From positions 53,114,904-53,148,538 of the forward strand of contig NC_057728.1 of NCBI RefSeq assembly GCF_004010195.1: a stretch of DNA of 33,635 bases, read 5' to 3'. The position numbers were made by a program, and so were the translations under genes. This document shows, in pieces, positions 1 through 10,007 of this stretch (positions within the stretch are counted from its first letter, which is position 1; the number at the start of each line of letters is the position of its first letter). Source of the DNA: Chiloscyllium plagiosum. Lineage: Eukaryota. The notes beneath the pieces were generated by a model. That model worked only from the letters and a program-made list of their open reading frames with translations. It was not told where the DNA came from and did no database searches.

Positions 1-354
1 AAACCTCCAATCACAAGGGATGAACTCAGACTTCTCCAGTTTCCTCATTTCCCCTCCCCCCACCTTGTCTCAGTCCCAACTCTCGAACTCAGCACCACCT
101 TCCTAACCTACAATCCTCTTCTTGACCTCTCCGCCCCCACCCCCACTCCGGCCAATCACCCTCACCTTAACCTCCTTCCACCTATTGCATTTCCAACTCC
201 CCTCCCCCAAGTCCCTCCTCCCTACCTTTTATCTTAGCCTGCTTGGCACGCTTTCCTCATTCCTGAAGAAGGGGTCATGCCCGAAACGTCGATTCTCCTG
301 CTCCTTGGGTGCAGCCTGACCTGCTGCGCTTTTCCAGCAAAACATTTTCAGCTC
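1..354 (+). mobile_element. Penelope-like element (PLE) 3' terminal fragment: end of the GIY-YIG endonuclease ORF plus pseudo-LTR
   Basis: Frame from nt 2 reads NLQSQGMNSDFSSFLISPPP...* (stop 104-106), like the PLE C-terminal TLxPxGxN motif and homologous to the end of ORF 31023-31325. A C-rich tract follows, then the CCTGAAGAAGGG...CCCGAAACGTCGA terminus seen repeatedly in this window. Confidence 0.85.
259..294 (+). ncRNA. Minimal hammerhead ribozyme motif (PLE-type)
   Basis: CTGAAGA (263-269), extra A, GGG..CCC stem II, GAAA (283-286), then CGTC (palindromic ACGT; predicted GUC cleavage triplet). Confidence 0.7.
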
Positions 355-784
355 ATTTTTTCAGCAATCCACAATGGTAAGTTGCATTTGGAATGTTCAA
401 TGAAATGACTGGAACCTCTGCTGTCCTAATGGGCTTAACACTAATGATGTATTTTGGTCAACTGGTGACATATTTGCCTATAACTTGGTGCAGTAACAGT
501 GTGCTCAAACCCTCTAAGAGTGGAAACAACACCTTCTAACTGATCCAAGACTGCTGCCAGTAAAACCCCTGGTCAGTAATTATAGGTACTTTTCGGAGAC
601 ATTGATCCAGTGATAAGAATACCTTCAACAGGATCAAAAGTTGTAAAGTCAGGAACACAGAGAACAAGCCAGACTGGCGCCACCACTCATTCTCTAAACA
701 GCAATAGAGTAACCAATTTCTTTGATCTACATTCCTGTGATGGAAGTCAACCCTGGGAAACAGTGTGATTCTTAAGTTTTTATA

Positions 785-1165
785 TCCGTTGTGGTCATCA
801 CTGTCAAGGCCAGCATCTGTTGCCCAACTCTAATTACCCTTGAACCCAGTGGCTTGCAAAGCCATTTCAGAGGGTTGTAACAAGTCAACCAAATTGCTGT
901 GGGTCTGGAGTCACATGTAGGCCAAGTAAGTGTGGCAGATTTCCATCCCTGTTAAATATTAATGAAGCAAATGGGTTTCTATACCATTCAGTAATAGTTG
1001 TCATGGTCACCATTGCAGAGACAGGTTTTCAATTCTAGATTTACTAATTGAGGTTAAGTTCTAAAACTAACACAGTGTAATTTTAATTCAGGCTCCCAGC
1101 TGGTTTGGGATTACTGAATTTCATTGGGATTGCAGTGAAATACCACTGTGCTACCATCGCTCCAC
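785..1165 (-). mobile_element. tRNA-derived SINE (family B in this window), degenerate
   Basis: Shares CCAGCAT..TTGCCC..GTCAACCA.ATTGCTGTGGGTCTGGAGTCACATGTAGGCCA with the copies at ~3505-3800, 7445-7820 and 18725-19085. Confidence 0.75.
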
Positions 1166-1959
1166 GAGCCTTATGTTGAGTCTTAATCATTTGCAATGTT
1201 CAACATTACTCAACAATTATTGGGATGAACACTGCTTGGAACATTTTATTCTGCAGTTGATTTCCACAATTTATACTCTTAAAAAATAAGTACTCCAAAG
1301 GTCTTTCTCAATTAACATGAATTCCACCCTCCAAAGAGGGGAAATGGCTTGGATTGCCTCTTTGAGTGAGTTGAATGACTATTTATGGAACTGTAACCTT
1401 TGGTAATGACAATGCAGTGAATGTGGTACATATTAAATGCTATTAAGGTTCAGAGGTTTCAGACAGGTGTACACAAGCTACAGAGCACAATCTGATTAGA
1501 TGAAGCAAATAATCAGTTCTTTTGTCAACATCATTTACTTCCTCTAGATGCCCGAGACTGTTGTCCATTTACACAATCTGCTTCACATTATGCTAGTTCT
1601 GGGTATTACCTCCCACTATACACAGACACCCCCTCTCACTGATCTCCCCTCCCATAGATTGGCAGAAGCGGGTCAAGGTGAAAGTTGAGATCCCTAAGTA
1701 TATAAAACCTCAATGCACTTACTCCCATTTTCACTATGGCTGGTTTGGGGATCTGAGTAACTGGCTCTGGAGATTGATGTGAGTTTGTGTTTTAAACTTT
1801 CCTCAGATGTTTGATGCTGGTTGCATTTAGTAGCCCCATGGGCTTTCACAGGAAATAGGAACCATAGCTACAGGGTGATGGGAGGGGAGGATCTGCTTGT
1901 GGGCTAGGAAGGGACTGCTCAACCTCAAACTTCTCAAATAAATCTTTTGCTGTGAACAT

Positions 1960-2650
1960 CCCTCCCCCCCACCCCCCCATGATCTCTCCCCACCCTACAA
2001 TTTATTCTGTCATGATATCTCATCACAGTGATCTGTATCCTATCTACTCTTCCTATTGTAAATCTATCTTCCACAATCACTCTCCTACCATGATCTCTCC
2101 CCATGTGATTTCTTCACCCTAAGATTTCTCCCATTGCAATCTCCCACTCTACAACCCCTCCCCGTGACTTCTTCCCCCAACAATTTCTTTCAATGGTAAT
2201 TCTGCATCCCATGATTGCTCCTTCTACAATCTCTCCATCTATGATCTCTCCCTCTGTGATCTCTCCCCAAGCAACTCTCCCTTTGTGATCTCTCTCACTT
2301 TGCAATCTCTCTGGTGAGTTCTCCTACTGCAATCTCTCCCCTACAGTCTCCCCACTTACGATCTCTTCCCCTGTGATCTCTCCCCAACTGATCTCTCCCC
2401 TTGTAATTTCTGCCTCAGCAATCTTTCTCCCTGTGATTTCTCCCCCCAGTGATCTTTTATATTGTTATTTCTCACCCTAGTAATCTCTTCCGTGGTGACC
2501 TCTCCCTCTCCAACCTCTACCAATGCATTTTCTCCCTTGCCACAAACTCTGCCCTCTCCAATCAGTTGATGTATCCTCACATCACTTCCTACCTCAGTGA
2601 TCACCTCCTTCTTTGAGATTCAACCACCACCAATGATCTCTCCCACCATT
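1960..2650. repeat. Degenerate pyrimidine-rich minisatellite (~17-20 nt unit, core GTGATCTCTCCC / GCAATCTCTCCC)
   Basis: Many imperfect recurrences of (g/a)tgatctctcc / caatctctcc with strong C/T strand bias. The repetitive ORFs 2114-2305 and 2356-2604 are by-products. Confidence 0.8.
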
Positions 2651-3504
2651 TCCACTGCTGTGTTCTAATAGCTTGTACATGACCCACCTTGGTCTCCTTT
2701 AATTGCTTGGGCTCATCCCTGGCATTTGGCTCTTTACCGACAGACTGTGAACCTCCTATTTCGATGTGCCCTTATCAAATCGTCCTCAAATGCAAGCATG
2801 GCTTCATCTGAAAGTCAGAGATGGTCTTAGCCTCTTGTGTGAACTGACTCAGGAATTCCCTCAATCCCAATTCCCTACTGTTCTAGGCACCAGTGCTGAC
2901 TCTTTCTAGTACCTACAAAAGAGAGAGACCAGTTGCTGGAACAAATTCCAGTAATATAAGAACTGTATAGCAACTGACTAGTTCTGACTGCCCCCAAAAT
3001 TGCTGAAGGGGAATTTTTCCATTTATTTTTAGACTTGATTGGGATTGGTGCTTGGAAAGCCATCACAGTCTCTTGACAGCTGATACTGATAACTGATCCA
3101 TTCCAGTAGAGAAGGTTGACTGACAGTGACTCACGTTTAAGAATGTTTGCACTGATGAGGCCAAATTGTGGCAGGTGAAGCTTTTGGTTGCTAGTGTTAA
3201 AAGAAAGTCACCAAAAAATTGCATTTATGTAATTCCTTTAACATAATAAACTCTCCAGAAGGCAACTCACAGGAGCATAATCAGACAGAACCTGACAATG
3301 AGTCACATGAGAAGACACACTCTCATAGTTGTATTGCCTTTCTGGAACTTTGCTAAAGGTACAATTGCTATGGTAACTAAAAGATGAAAAGAGGGAATTA
3401 CATCAGCAATATCACAACTTATGTCACCAACATTCACAGGCAAATAGAATAAAGGAAGTTGGTAAAATGGAGCTCAAGAGCTTTATGCTGTCAATTGCCT
3501 GATG

Positions 3505-3800
3505 GCTTTTGAGGCTTTTTCTGAGGTTATTTAAGAGTCAACCACATCACTGTGGATCTAGAGACACTTGTAGGCCAGGTCAAGGAAGGACAGCAGATTT
3601 CCTTCCTGAAAAGAGATTAGTGATAGATTTTGATCAACAGTTGATGACAATTGCTTTGCAATTGATATCAACTTTCTATTCCAGATTTATTATGTGTGGT
3701 CATTGACTGCTGAGATGGGATTTAAATCTGTGCACCCAGCACATTAACCTGGGCTTCGGGATTACCAGCCAATTGACAATACCACTGCACAATCCTTTAC
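3505..3800 (-). mobile_element. SINE family B copy, degenerate
   Basis: AAGAGTCAACCACATCACTGTGGATCTAGAGACACTTGTAGGCCAG...CAGATTTCCTTCC, homologous to 7445-7820. Confidence 0.7.
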
Positions 3801-3814
3801 CTCCAGCAAAAATG

Positions 3815-3975
3815 CTGGTATGGAAGAAAACCTTGTACTGTATTTGTGTAGTGCCTCTCTCAGCCTCAGGCATCCCAAAGCACTTCACGCTCAATAAATT
3901 GCTTTTGAAGTGCAGCTACTATTTTGTTCAAAGCAAAAGCAGCAACTAATTTACAGACAGGAAAACCATGTGAAC
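3815..3975 (-). mobile_element. Deu-domain SINE (SacSINE/AmnSINE-like) 3' fragment
   Basis: TTTTGAAGTGCAGCTACT...GCAGCAACTAATTTAC is a reverse-strand match to the 17770-18110 copy. Confidence 0.55.
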
Positions 3976-4644
3976 GGATGATGTACGACATATTGCATGT
4001 AAAATATTCTTTCAGAAATGATAGGGTGGATACTATACAATTGACAGTGGAGGAATATAAATCTAAGTACCCCATGAAATTGGGCGATAAACATGTGAAT
4101 AGAAATCCTGATTCTGCAGTTCACATGATCATGCTGTATTCCTGTGGGAGCTGGGCTTACAGAAGCGTTTTTAGTTGATTTATTTTAAAGGGATGAACCT
4201 TTGGGCACAAAGATCATGTGGATTGTGAATACTTCAACATCTGTGAACTTCACGGATTACAATCTGTGCCTCCTGCTGTGCCGTGTGGCAAGTCTAATGA
4301 TCAAGATGATAGGATAGAAAGGCTGGGTTGATAAGAAAACATCGCCCTTAAGCCAAACCTTTAACAATGTGGCATTTTTGGACAATGGGGTCTGTTCCTT
4401 ATTGAGTGAGACAAGGAATGTAAACAGATCTGGTTGGAGCAAAGGGTAGCTATCGATTGTGTTGTGATATCTTGAGCCGGGAGCAAACCAGTTTGGTCAA
4501 GAACGTAATACATCTCCTTCACTGGCAAGAGGCCTATTGCACTGCTGCCAGGGAATAACATAATTACTCGTGAAAATGGGTTGGAATTGGGAGTTGCTGT
4601 TTAAATTCCACTGAGATCAGACATCAGCTTTCCTCATTGTCAAT

Positions 4645-4765
4645 ACTGCCAGGATTGGAGGGTAACTAATGTAACAATCTTTGTTCAACAAGTAGAAAGA
4701 ACAGAGCAGGTAGCTGTAGACGATTAGTCTAACATCAATTATGGGCAAATACTTAAGAATTGATT
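4645..4765 (+). mobile_element. CR1-type LINE RT fragment, heavily decayed
   Basis: Frameshifted remnants of the DWRxANV..FKKG..NYRPxSLTS..GK motifs (GATTGGAGGGTAACTAATGTAAC...AGTCTAACATCAATTATGGGCAAA). Confidence 0.6.
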
Positions 4766-4889
4766 TTAGCCTGAAAGGGGTGGGCAGGCAAGCAGTTAAA
4801 ATATTTGCTGCAACTTAGCCCATTCCTTACAATCTCCTTTCCTGTCTCCTTTGAACAGGTTAGAGAAAGAGAGATGCTCACTCCCTCTT

Positions 4890-5445
4890 AAAGATTCACT
4901 CCCTCCATTGTGTTAGCAGCATGTGTTATTTATGAGATTCTTTCCAGCAATTTCCTTTAATAGCATGTCCCAAACCTGTAATCCAACCAGCTAGAAGGAA
5001 AAGGTAGCAAGCACTTTGGAACACTAGCACTTGAAGTTCTGCTCCAAGCCAAACACTGTCTTGTGTCTTAACCTGGGCTGGATTGACGTTCCCTCCACTG
5101 TCGTTGGGCCAAAATCCAGGAATTTGGAGATAGTGAGGACTGCAGATGCTGGAAAGTCAGAGTCGATAAAGTGTGGAGCTGGACAAAACACAACAGGTCA
5201 AACAGCATCGGATGAGCAGGGGAATCAACATTTCAAATTGGAACCGATGAAAGGTTCCAATCTGAAATGTCGACTCCCCTGCTCCTCAGATGCTGCTTGA
5301 CCTGTTGTGTTTTGTCCAGCTCCACACTTCATCGACTCTAAAATCCAGGAATACCCTATGTGCCTGTACCACACAGACTGGAAAGGTTCAAGAAGGCAGT
5401 TCGCCACCTCTTGAGGGCAATAATTGCTGGTCCAGTCAGTGACAC
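4890..5445 (+). mobile_element. 3' end of an abundant non-LTR retrotransposon (shares its tail with SINE family B), interrupted by a PLE
   Basis: GGTTCAAGAAGGCAG...GAGGGCAA..GCTGG..CAGTGAC tail. Reverse copies lie at ~6210-6690 and ~24810-25510. Split at the AAAATCCAGGAAT TSD. Confidence 0.65.
5124..5339 (-). mobile_element. Palindromic PLE terminal insertion A
   Basis: Inverted arms 5159-5245 / 5253-5339 with a 7-nt spacer. 13-bp TSD AAAATCCAGGAAT (5111-5123, 5340-5352). 35-nt unpaired tail 5124-5158. Confidence 0.9.
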
Positions 5446-5792
5446 ATTGTGTGAAGAAACAAAAATAGATTATAACATATATCAGGAATAGGCAGAATTC
5501 CAACATTTACCCTTATGCAACTCCACTACAAACCTTCCTCTAGTCCAATAAATATCCTTTAACCATTACTCCATGTTTTTGCCACTCAACTAATTTTGTG
5601 AGTCCCATTCGCTTTGAGGCAACTCATTCCAGATCTAACCTCTCTCTGCCATTTCTTTTCTTGATGATGTCTCTCATTCTCTTGCCAATCAAGAGCTAGG
5701 AGAAAGTGAGGACTGCAGATACTGGGGATCAGAGCTGAAAAATGTGATGCTGGAAAAGCGCAGCAGGTCAGGCAGCATCCAAGGAGCAGGAG

Positions 5793-5828
5793 AATCGACG
5801 TTTCGGGCATAAGACCTTCTTCAGGAAT
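5793..5828 (-). ncRNA. Minimal hammerhead ribozyme motif (left arm of insertion B)
   Basis: Minus strand reads ATTC CTGAAGA A GGTC ttat GCCC GAAA CGTC GATT. Core intact, one stem II mismatch. Confidence 0.62.
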
Positions 5829-5829
5829 G

Positions 5830-5865
5830 ATTCCTGAAGAAGGGTTTATGCCCGAAACGTCGATT
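5830..5865 (+). ncRNA. Minimal hammerhead ribozyme motif (right arm of insertion B)
   Basis: ATTC CTGAAGA(5834-5840) A GGGT ttat GCCC GAAA(5854-5857) CGTC GATT; predicted cleavage after C5861. Confidence 0.72.
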
Positions 5866-6209
5866 CTTCTGCTCCTTGGATGCTGCCTGATCTGCTGCAC
5901 TTTCCCTCAATCAAGAGCTAGCAATGCATGTTTTAAAATTCTTGAAATTTCTGCTAATGGGAACATCTTTCTCTGTATATTCACTGCCTCTATTATGTAT
6001 GCACACAGCTGAGATGTATTGAAATTGTATTTCGCCAACTTAGCTTATATCCTTACACAATTGACCTAGATTGATCTCAGTCTTAGAAGCTACAGTCACC
6101 CCATATCCACAGCATTTAGGAAGCAGAATTCCACTTAATACACTACACTTTAAGTGGATAATTATTTCATGAGATCCAAATGGCCAAGGTCTAAAAGAAA
6201 GACTTTTTT

Positions 6210-6690
6210 TAACACTTACTCACAGAATATGGGCAGGTCAAACATCTCTAAATACACTTAAGAAAGTGTTGGTGAGCCATTTTCTTGGACCACTACAGAA
6301 ACGTAGGGATGCCCGCAATGTTGTGACAGACGAAGTTCCAAGATTTTGACCCAGCAACAGTGAAGGAATGGCAATATATTTCAGGATGATAAGTGGGTTG
6401 GAGGGTAACGTGCAGAGGGTGGTGGTCGTATGTAATTTTTACCTTGTCCTTCTAGGTGGTAGAGGTTGTGGGTTTGGAAGGTGCTATTGAAAGAGCCTTT
6501 CTGAGTTGCTGCAGAACATCTTGTCTATGGTACACACTGCTGCTACAGTGCATCAGAAGGAGTGAAGTTTAAGGAGGGAGGGAGCAATCAAATGGGCTAT
6601 TTATCCTTAATGGTGTGTAGCTTCTTGAGTATTATTGGAGTTGCACACATTCTGATCAGTGGAGAGTATTTCCCCATGTCCTAGACTTAC
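6210..6690 (-). mobile_element. Non-LTR retrotransposon 3' end (same family as 4890-5445)
   Basis: GTTCCAAGATTTTGACCCAGCAACAGTGAAGGAA...CTTGTCCTTCTAGGTGGTAGAGG..GGGTTTGGAAGGTGCT is a reverse homolog of 4960-5130. Confidence 0.7.
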
Positions 6691-6810
6691 ATTTTTATAT
6701 CTGTTAGCATGCTTTCAGAACTCCTGCAAATGTCACATAATCTATTTCTAGTGATATGAACAAATGGAATAGGAGCTAGCATCATCCCACTGAGCTGTTT
6801 CACAATGTAT

Positions 6811-7048
6811 TCTAGATTAATGGTGCTGGAAGAGCACAGCAGTTCAGGCAGCGTCCAAGGAGCTTCGAAATCGACATTTCGGGCAAAGGCCCATCATCAG
6901 GAGAAGTAACAGATTTTATTCCTGAAGAAGGGCTTTTGCCCGAAATGTCGATTTCAAAGCTCCTTGGATGCTGCCTGAACTGCTGTGCTCTTCCAGCACC
7001 ACTAATCCAGAATCTGGTTTCCAGCATCTGCAGTCATTGTTTTTACCT
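6811..7048 (+). mobile_element. Palindromic PLE terminal insertion C
   Basis: Arms 6810-6902 / 6920-7012 with a 17-nt spacer. Each arm has CTGA(A/T)GA..GGGC..GCCCGAAA. 15-bp TSD TGTTTCACAA(TG/CA)TAT (6796-6810, 7049-7063). 36-nt tail. Confidence 0.9.
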
Positions 7049-7444
7049 TGTTTCACAACATATAAGATTGTGCCTGATATCCTACCTCAACTACACTCTC
7101 CTGCCCTCACTCTCTAACTCTTGATCTCTTTACTGCCAATAACCTACCAGACCTGACTATACTCATTGACCAGACATGTCTAGGTCTCTAAGCGGGTGAA
7201 TTCAGAGAGTTCACATTTATAGTTTCTTCTCATCTCAGTTCCGAATGGCTGATTTTTCTGCAAATAAATTAACCTGGAAACAAAATCAGGCAGGGTGTAT
7301 GATGGATGATAGAGCCCCTGGTTTGTATGCCTGCCTAAGTGGATTTTACTCTCAATGATGTCCGATGTTGTGAAATCCTATAGCACCATAGGCAAAAGAA
7401 GATGTTTGCTAATTAGTGTATAACCTCAAAGCTCAGTATTTAAT

Positions 7445-7820
7445 ATTCGCTCGTGGGACGTGGGCGTTGCTGGCGAGCCAGCATTTATTGCCTGTTCCTA
7501 CTTGCCCTTGAACTGAATGGCTTGCTAGGCCATTTCAGAGGGTAGTTGAGAGTCAACCACATTGCTGTGGGTCTGGAGTCACATTGTAGGCCAGACCAGG
7601 CAGATTTCCTTCTCTGAAGAACATTAGTGAACCAGATGGTCTTTCCCAACAACCAGCAATGGTTTCTCGGTCATCAGTAGATTCTTAATTCTAGTTATAC
7701 TTTTTAATTGAATTCAAATTTCACCATCTACCATGACAGGAATTGAATCAGGTTCTCAGAACATTATCTGAATATCTGGATTGATAACCTCGCGATAATG
7801 CCACTCAGACATCACCATTC
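7445..7820 (-). mobile_element. SINE family B, near full length
   Basis: Best copy. The minus strand has A-box-like (ATGGTGATGTCTGAGTGG) and B-box-like (CCTGATTCAATTCC) segments, and a tail shared with the LINE at 4890-5445. Confidence 0.8.
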
Positions 7821-8068
7821 CAATACTAGCCAGTTTAATCCACTTTCTGTCCTTCCCTCTTCCCCTCCCTTCCTTTCCTTCAGTTTGACTGAAGCACTTT
7901 GTTATCAAAGTTCGTGGCGGGGGGGGGGTGAACATTGTATTGACATTTGGGTGAATTATCCACATCTTCTTCAATATGCAGCTGGTGTACCAGGATCAAA
8001 ACTACAATGAGATCTGGTCTTTCTAAGCTGGTTATGATCTTTAAAGGATCTTTAAGATACTTTCCTAA

Positions 8069-8200
8069 CCAAAACAAAGAACTGTGGATGCTGGAGATCT
8101 GAAACAAAAACAGAAATTGCTGGTGAAACTCAGCAGATCTGGCAGCATCTGAGCTAAGAAAACAGAGTTAAGATTTGAGTCTAGTGACTCTTGATCAGAT
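8069..8200 (-). mobile_element. Older PLE-type terminus (third subfamily) with decayed hammerhead motif
   Basis: Minus strand reads CTGATCA A GAGTC acta GACTC AAAT CTTAAC...CAGATGCTGCCAGATCTGCTGAG...TCCAGCATCCACAG. The 5-bp stem II is retained but the core is mutated. Related remnants at ~15990-16090 (+) and ~16277-16345 (-). Confidence 0.65.
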
Positions 8201-8630
8201 CATATCTAATTGGCATTGTATAGATAAAATAGTAAGATCACAAAACCCAACTGTTGATTGTTGTTGGTCTAGTAATCCAAGAGGTTTGGGCTAGTAATCA
8301 GATGCCAACATAACGGCTTGAGAATTTGAAATGTGTTTTAAAACAGGAAAAGCATCTTATCTTTGGGCAGCATGTTTAATGGTAAAATGTCCCAAGGAGC
8401 AATACAGGAGTGACTATCAAACAAGATTGACTCTGTTTTACATGAACAGCTGACAGCTTGGTGTCAAAGAGGTAGGTTTATTGATTACTTTAATGAAGGG
8501 GGAAGAGAGGTGGAAATATTTAGGGCGTAACTTTATCTACCTTCACTGATCAAGGTAGATGATCAGTCCTGATAGGTCAACCTATCATGAGGCCTGGTAC
8601 TCAGGACTTCTGTCTTGCACTGCTGGTTGA

Positions 8631-8943
8631 TTAGATTAGATTAGATTAGATTAGATTACTTACAGTGTGGAAATAGGCCCTTCGGCCCAACAAGTCCACA
8701 CCGCCCCGCCAAAGCGCAACCCACCCATACCCCTACATCTACCCCTTACCTAACACTACGGGCAATTTAGCATGGCCAATTCACCTGACCTGCGCATCTT
8801 TGGACTGTGGGAGGAAACCGGAGCACCCGGAGGAAACACGGGGAGAACGTGCAAACTCCACACAGTCAGTCGCCTGAGGCGGGAATTGAACCCGGGTCTC
8901 TGGCTCTGTGAGGCAGCAGTGCTAACCACTGTGCCACCGTGCC
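8631..8943 (-). mobile_element. HE1/V-SINE-like tRNA-derived SINE, young and nearly full length
   Basis: Minus strand starts GGCACGGTGGCACAGTGGTTAGCACTGCTGCCTCAC (A box), then GGGTTCAATTCCC (B box), with a (TCTAA)n tail at 8631-8657. Flanked by GTTGA (8626-8630, 8944-8948). CpGs retained. Confidence 0.92.
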
Positions 8944-9364
8944 GTTGACTGCCCCTTCCATTGTACTGACTCCATCCAAGTCAATATCTCAGCCCCCACA
9001 TTACCATAGAGTGACTATTCCCTGACCCCTGGGAGTTCTGATAAAATTTTATTTCCACCGCTATAAATAATTCTAATACCTTGTACATATTACAACTCTC
9101 TAGTACAGGCTATTCCACATCTCTTCTACAAGTCTCAATAAAAGGTGATTGCTGATGTAAGTGTTATACCACTTTACATATCACCATATCATTAACCTCT
9201 GCATTCTCACTATACCACAAAGACGACAGATATCAGCCAGCAGTTAAGTTGAGGCATGGACAGAGATGATCAATACTTATGGAGGTGAGGTCCAGGAATT
9301 TTGTAGGTTGTCTGCGAAAGTGGTTTTGCAATAGTTTGAAAACTCACTGAATATTTCACAGCAG

Positions 9365-9590
9365 GAGTACGTCAGCTGGGCCTGACTCTGCTCTAAGTCA
9401 AAAAGGGTTTTTGTTTCAAATTACACACCAGAAACTTGTGGATAAATCTAGTTTGATGCTTCAATGCAGCACTGAGGTTGCATTGTCAGGGGGTACTGTC
9501 TTTTGGGTGAGACATTAAACTGAGGTCCAATTTCTTTCTCAGGTAGATGCAAAAAATCCATTAGTGGCATTTCAAAGAGAACAGAGGAGT
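9365..9590 (+). mobile_element. Deu-domain SINE 5' part, degenerate
   Basis: GCACTGAGG..GCATTGTCAGGGGGTACTGTCTTTTGGGTGAGACATTAAACTGAGG, homologous to 17810-17870. Confidence 0.6.
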
Positions 9591-9746
9591 CTCGAAATTT
9601 AACCTATCATGTCTCTAAGTAGAGAACATAGGATCAGGAGTAGGACTAGGCTATTCAACCTTTTGAACCTGTTCAGCTATTCAATGAGATCATGACTGAT
9701 CTGATTGTCATCTCAACTCCACCTTCTGTCTGTCTCCCATAACCTT

Positions 9747-10007
9747 AAAAATCACTCAACACCAGGTTATAGTCCAACAGGTTTAATTGGAAGCACACTA
9801 GCTTTCGGAGCGTCGCTCCTTCAACAGGTGGTAATGGAGGGCTCTGTGGAGGAATTCTGTGTGTTAGGATTGAGCCCTCCATTACCACCTGAAGGAGCGA
9901 CGCTCCAAAAGCTAGTGTGCTTCCAATTAAACCTGTTGGACTATTCCCTGGTGTTGTATGATTTTTAACTTTGTACACCCCAGTCCAACACCGGCATCTC
10001 TAAATCA
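9747..10007 (+). mobile_element. Palindromic PLE terminal insertion D (second subfamily, GAAAGCTA-type hammerhead)
   Basis: Arms 9745-9844 / 9872-9968 with a 27-nt spacer. Left arm (minus strand) reads CAC CTGTTGA AGGAGC gac GCTCC GAAA GCTA GTG. 12-bp TSD TCCCATAACCTT (9735-9746, 10008-10019). 39-nt tail. Confidence 0.9.

Larger units (their letters stand above)
5700..5907 (-). mobile_element. Palindromic PLE terminal insertion B
   Basis: Arms ~5752-5828 / 5830-5905 with a 1-nt spacer (TCAGGAAT-G-ATTCCTGA). 14-bp TSD CAATCAAGAGCTAG (5686-5699, 5908-5921). Confidence 0.92.

Noticed and set aside
1960..2650. CRISPR-like array or repeat protein (GEI repeats)
   Set aside because: Units are degenerate with no constant repeat/unique spacer pattern, the ORFs are short and broken, and the context is eukaryotic.
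5124..5339. Interpreting the long palindromes as DNA-transposon MITEs
   Set aside because: The arms are asymmetric (one-sided tail), TSDs are long and variable, and the same sequence follows GIY-YIG coding remnants at 1-354 and 30726-31376, so they are PLE-derived.
5586..7124. Recurring peptide PEEGLMPETSILLLLGCCL as a small-protein family
   Set aside because: It is a translation of the non-coding hammerhead-containing PLE terminus. Conservation follows RNA pairing and frames break freely.
8870..8943. tRNA gene from A/B boxes (also 14747-14815 and 22550-22610)
   Set aside because: The boxes continue into SINE core and tail sequence, so these are tRNA-derived SINE heads, not tRNA genes.
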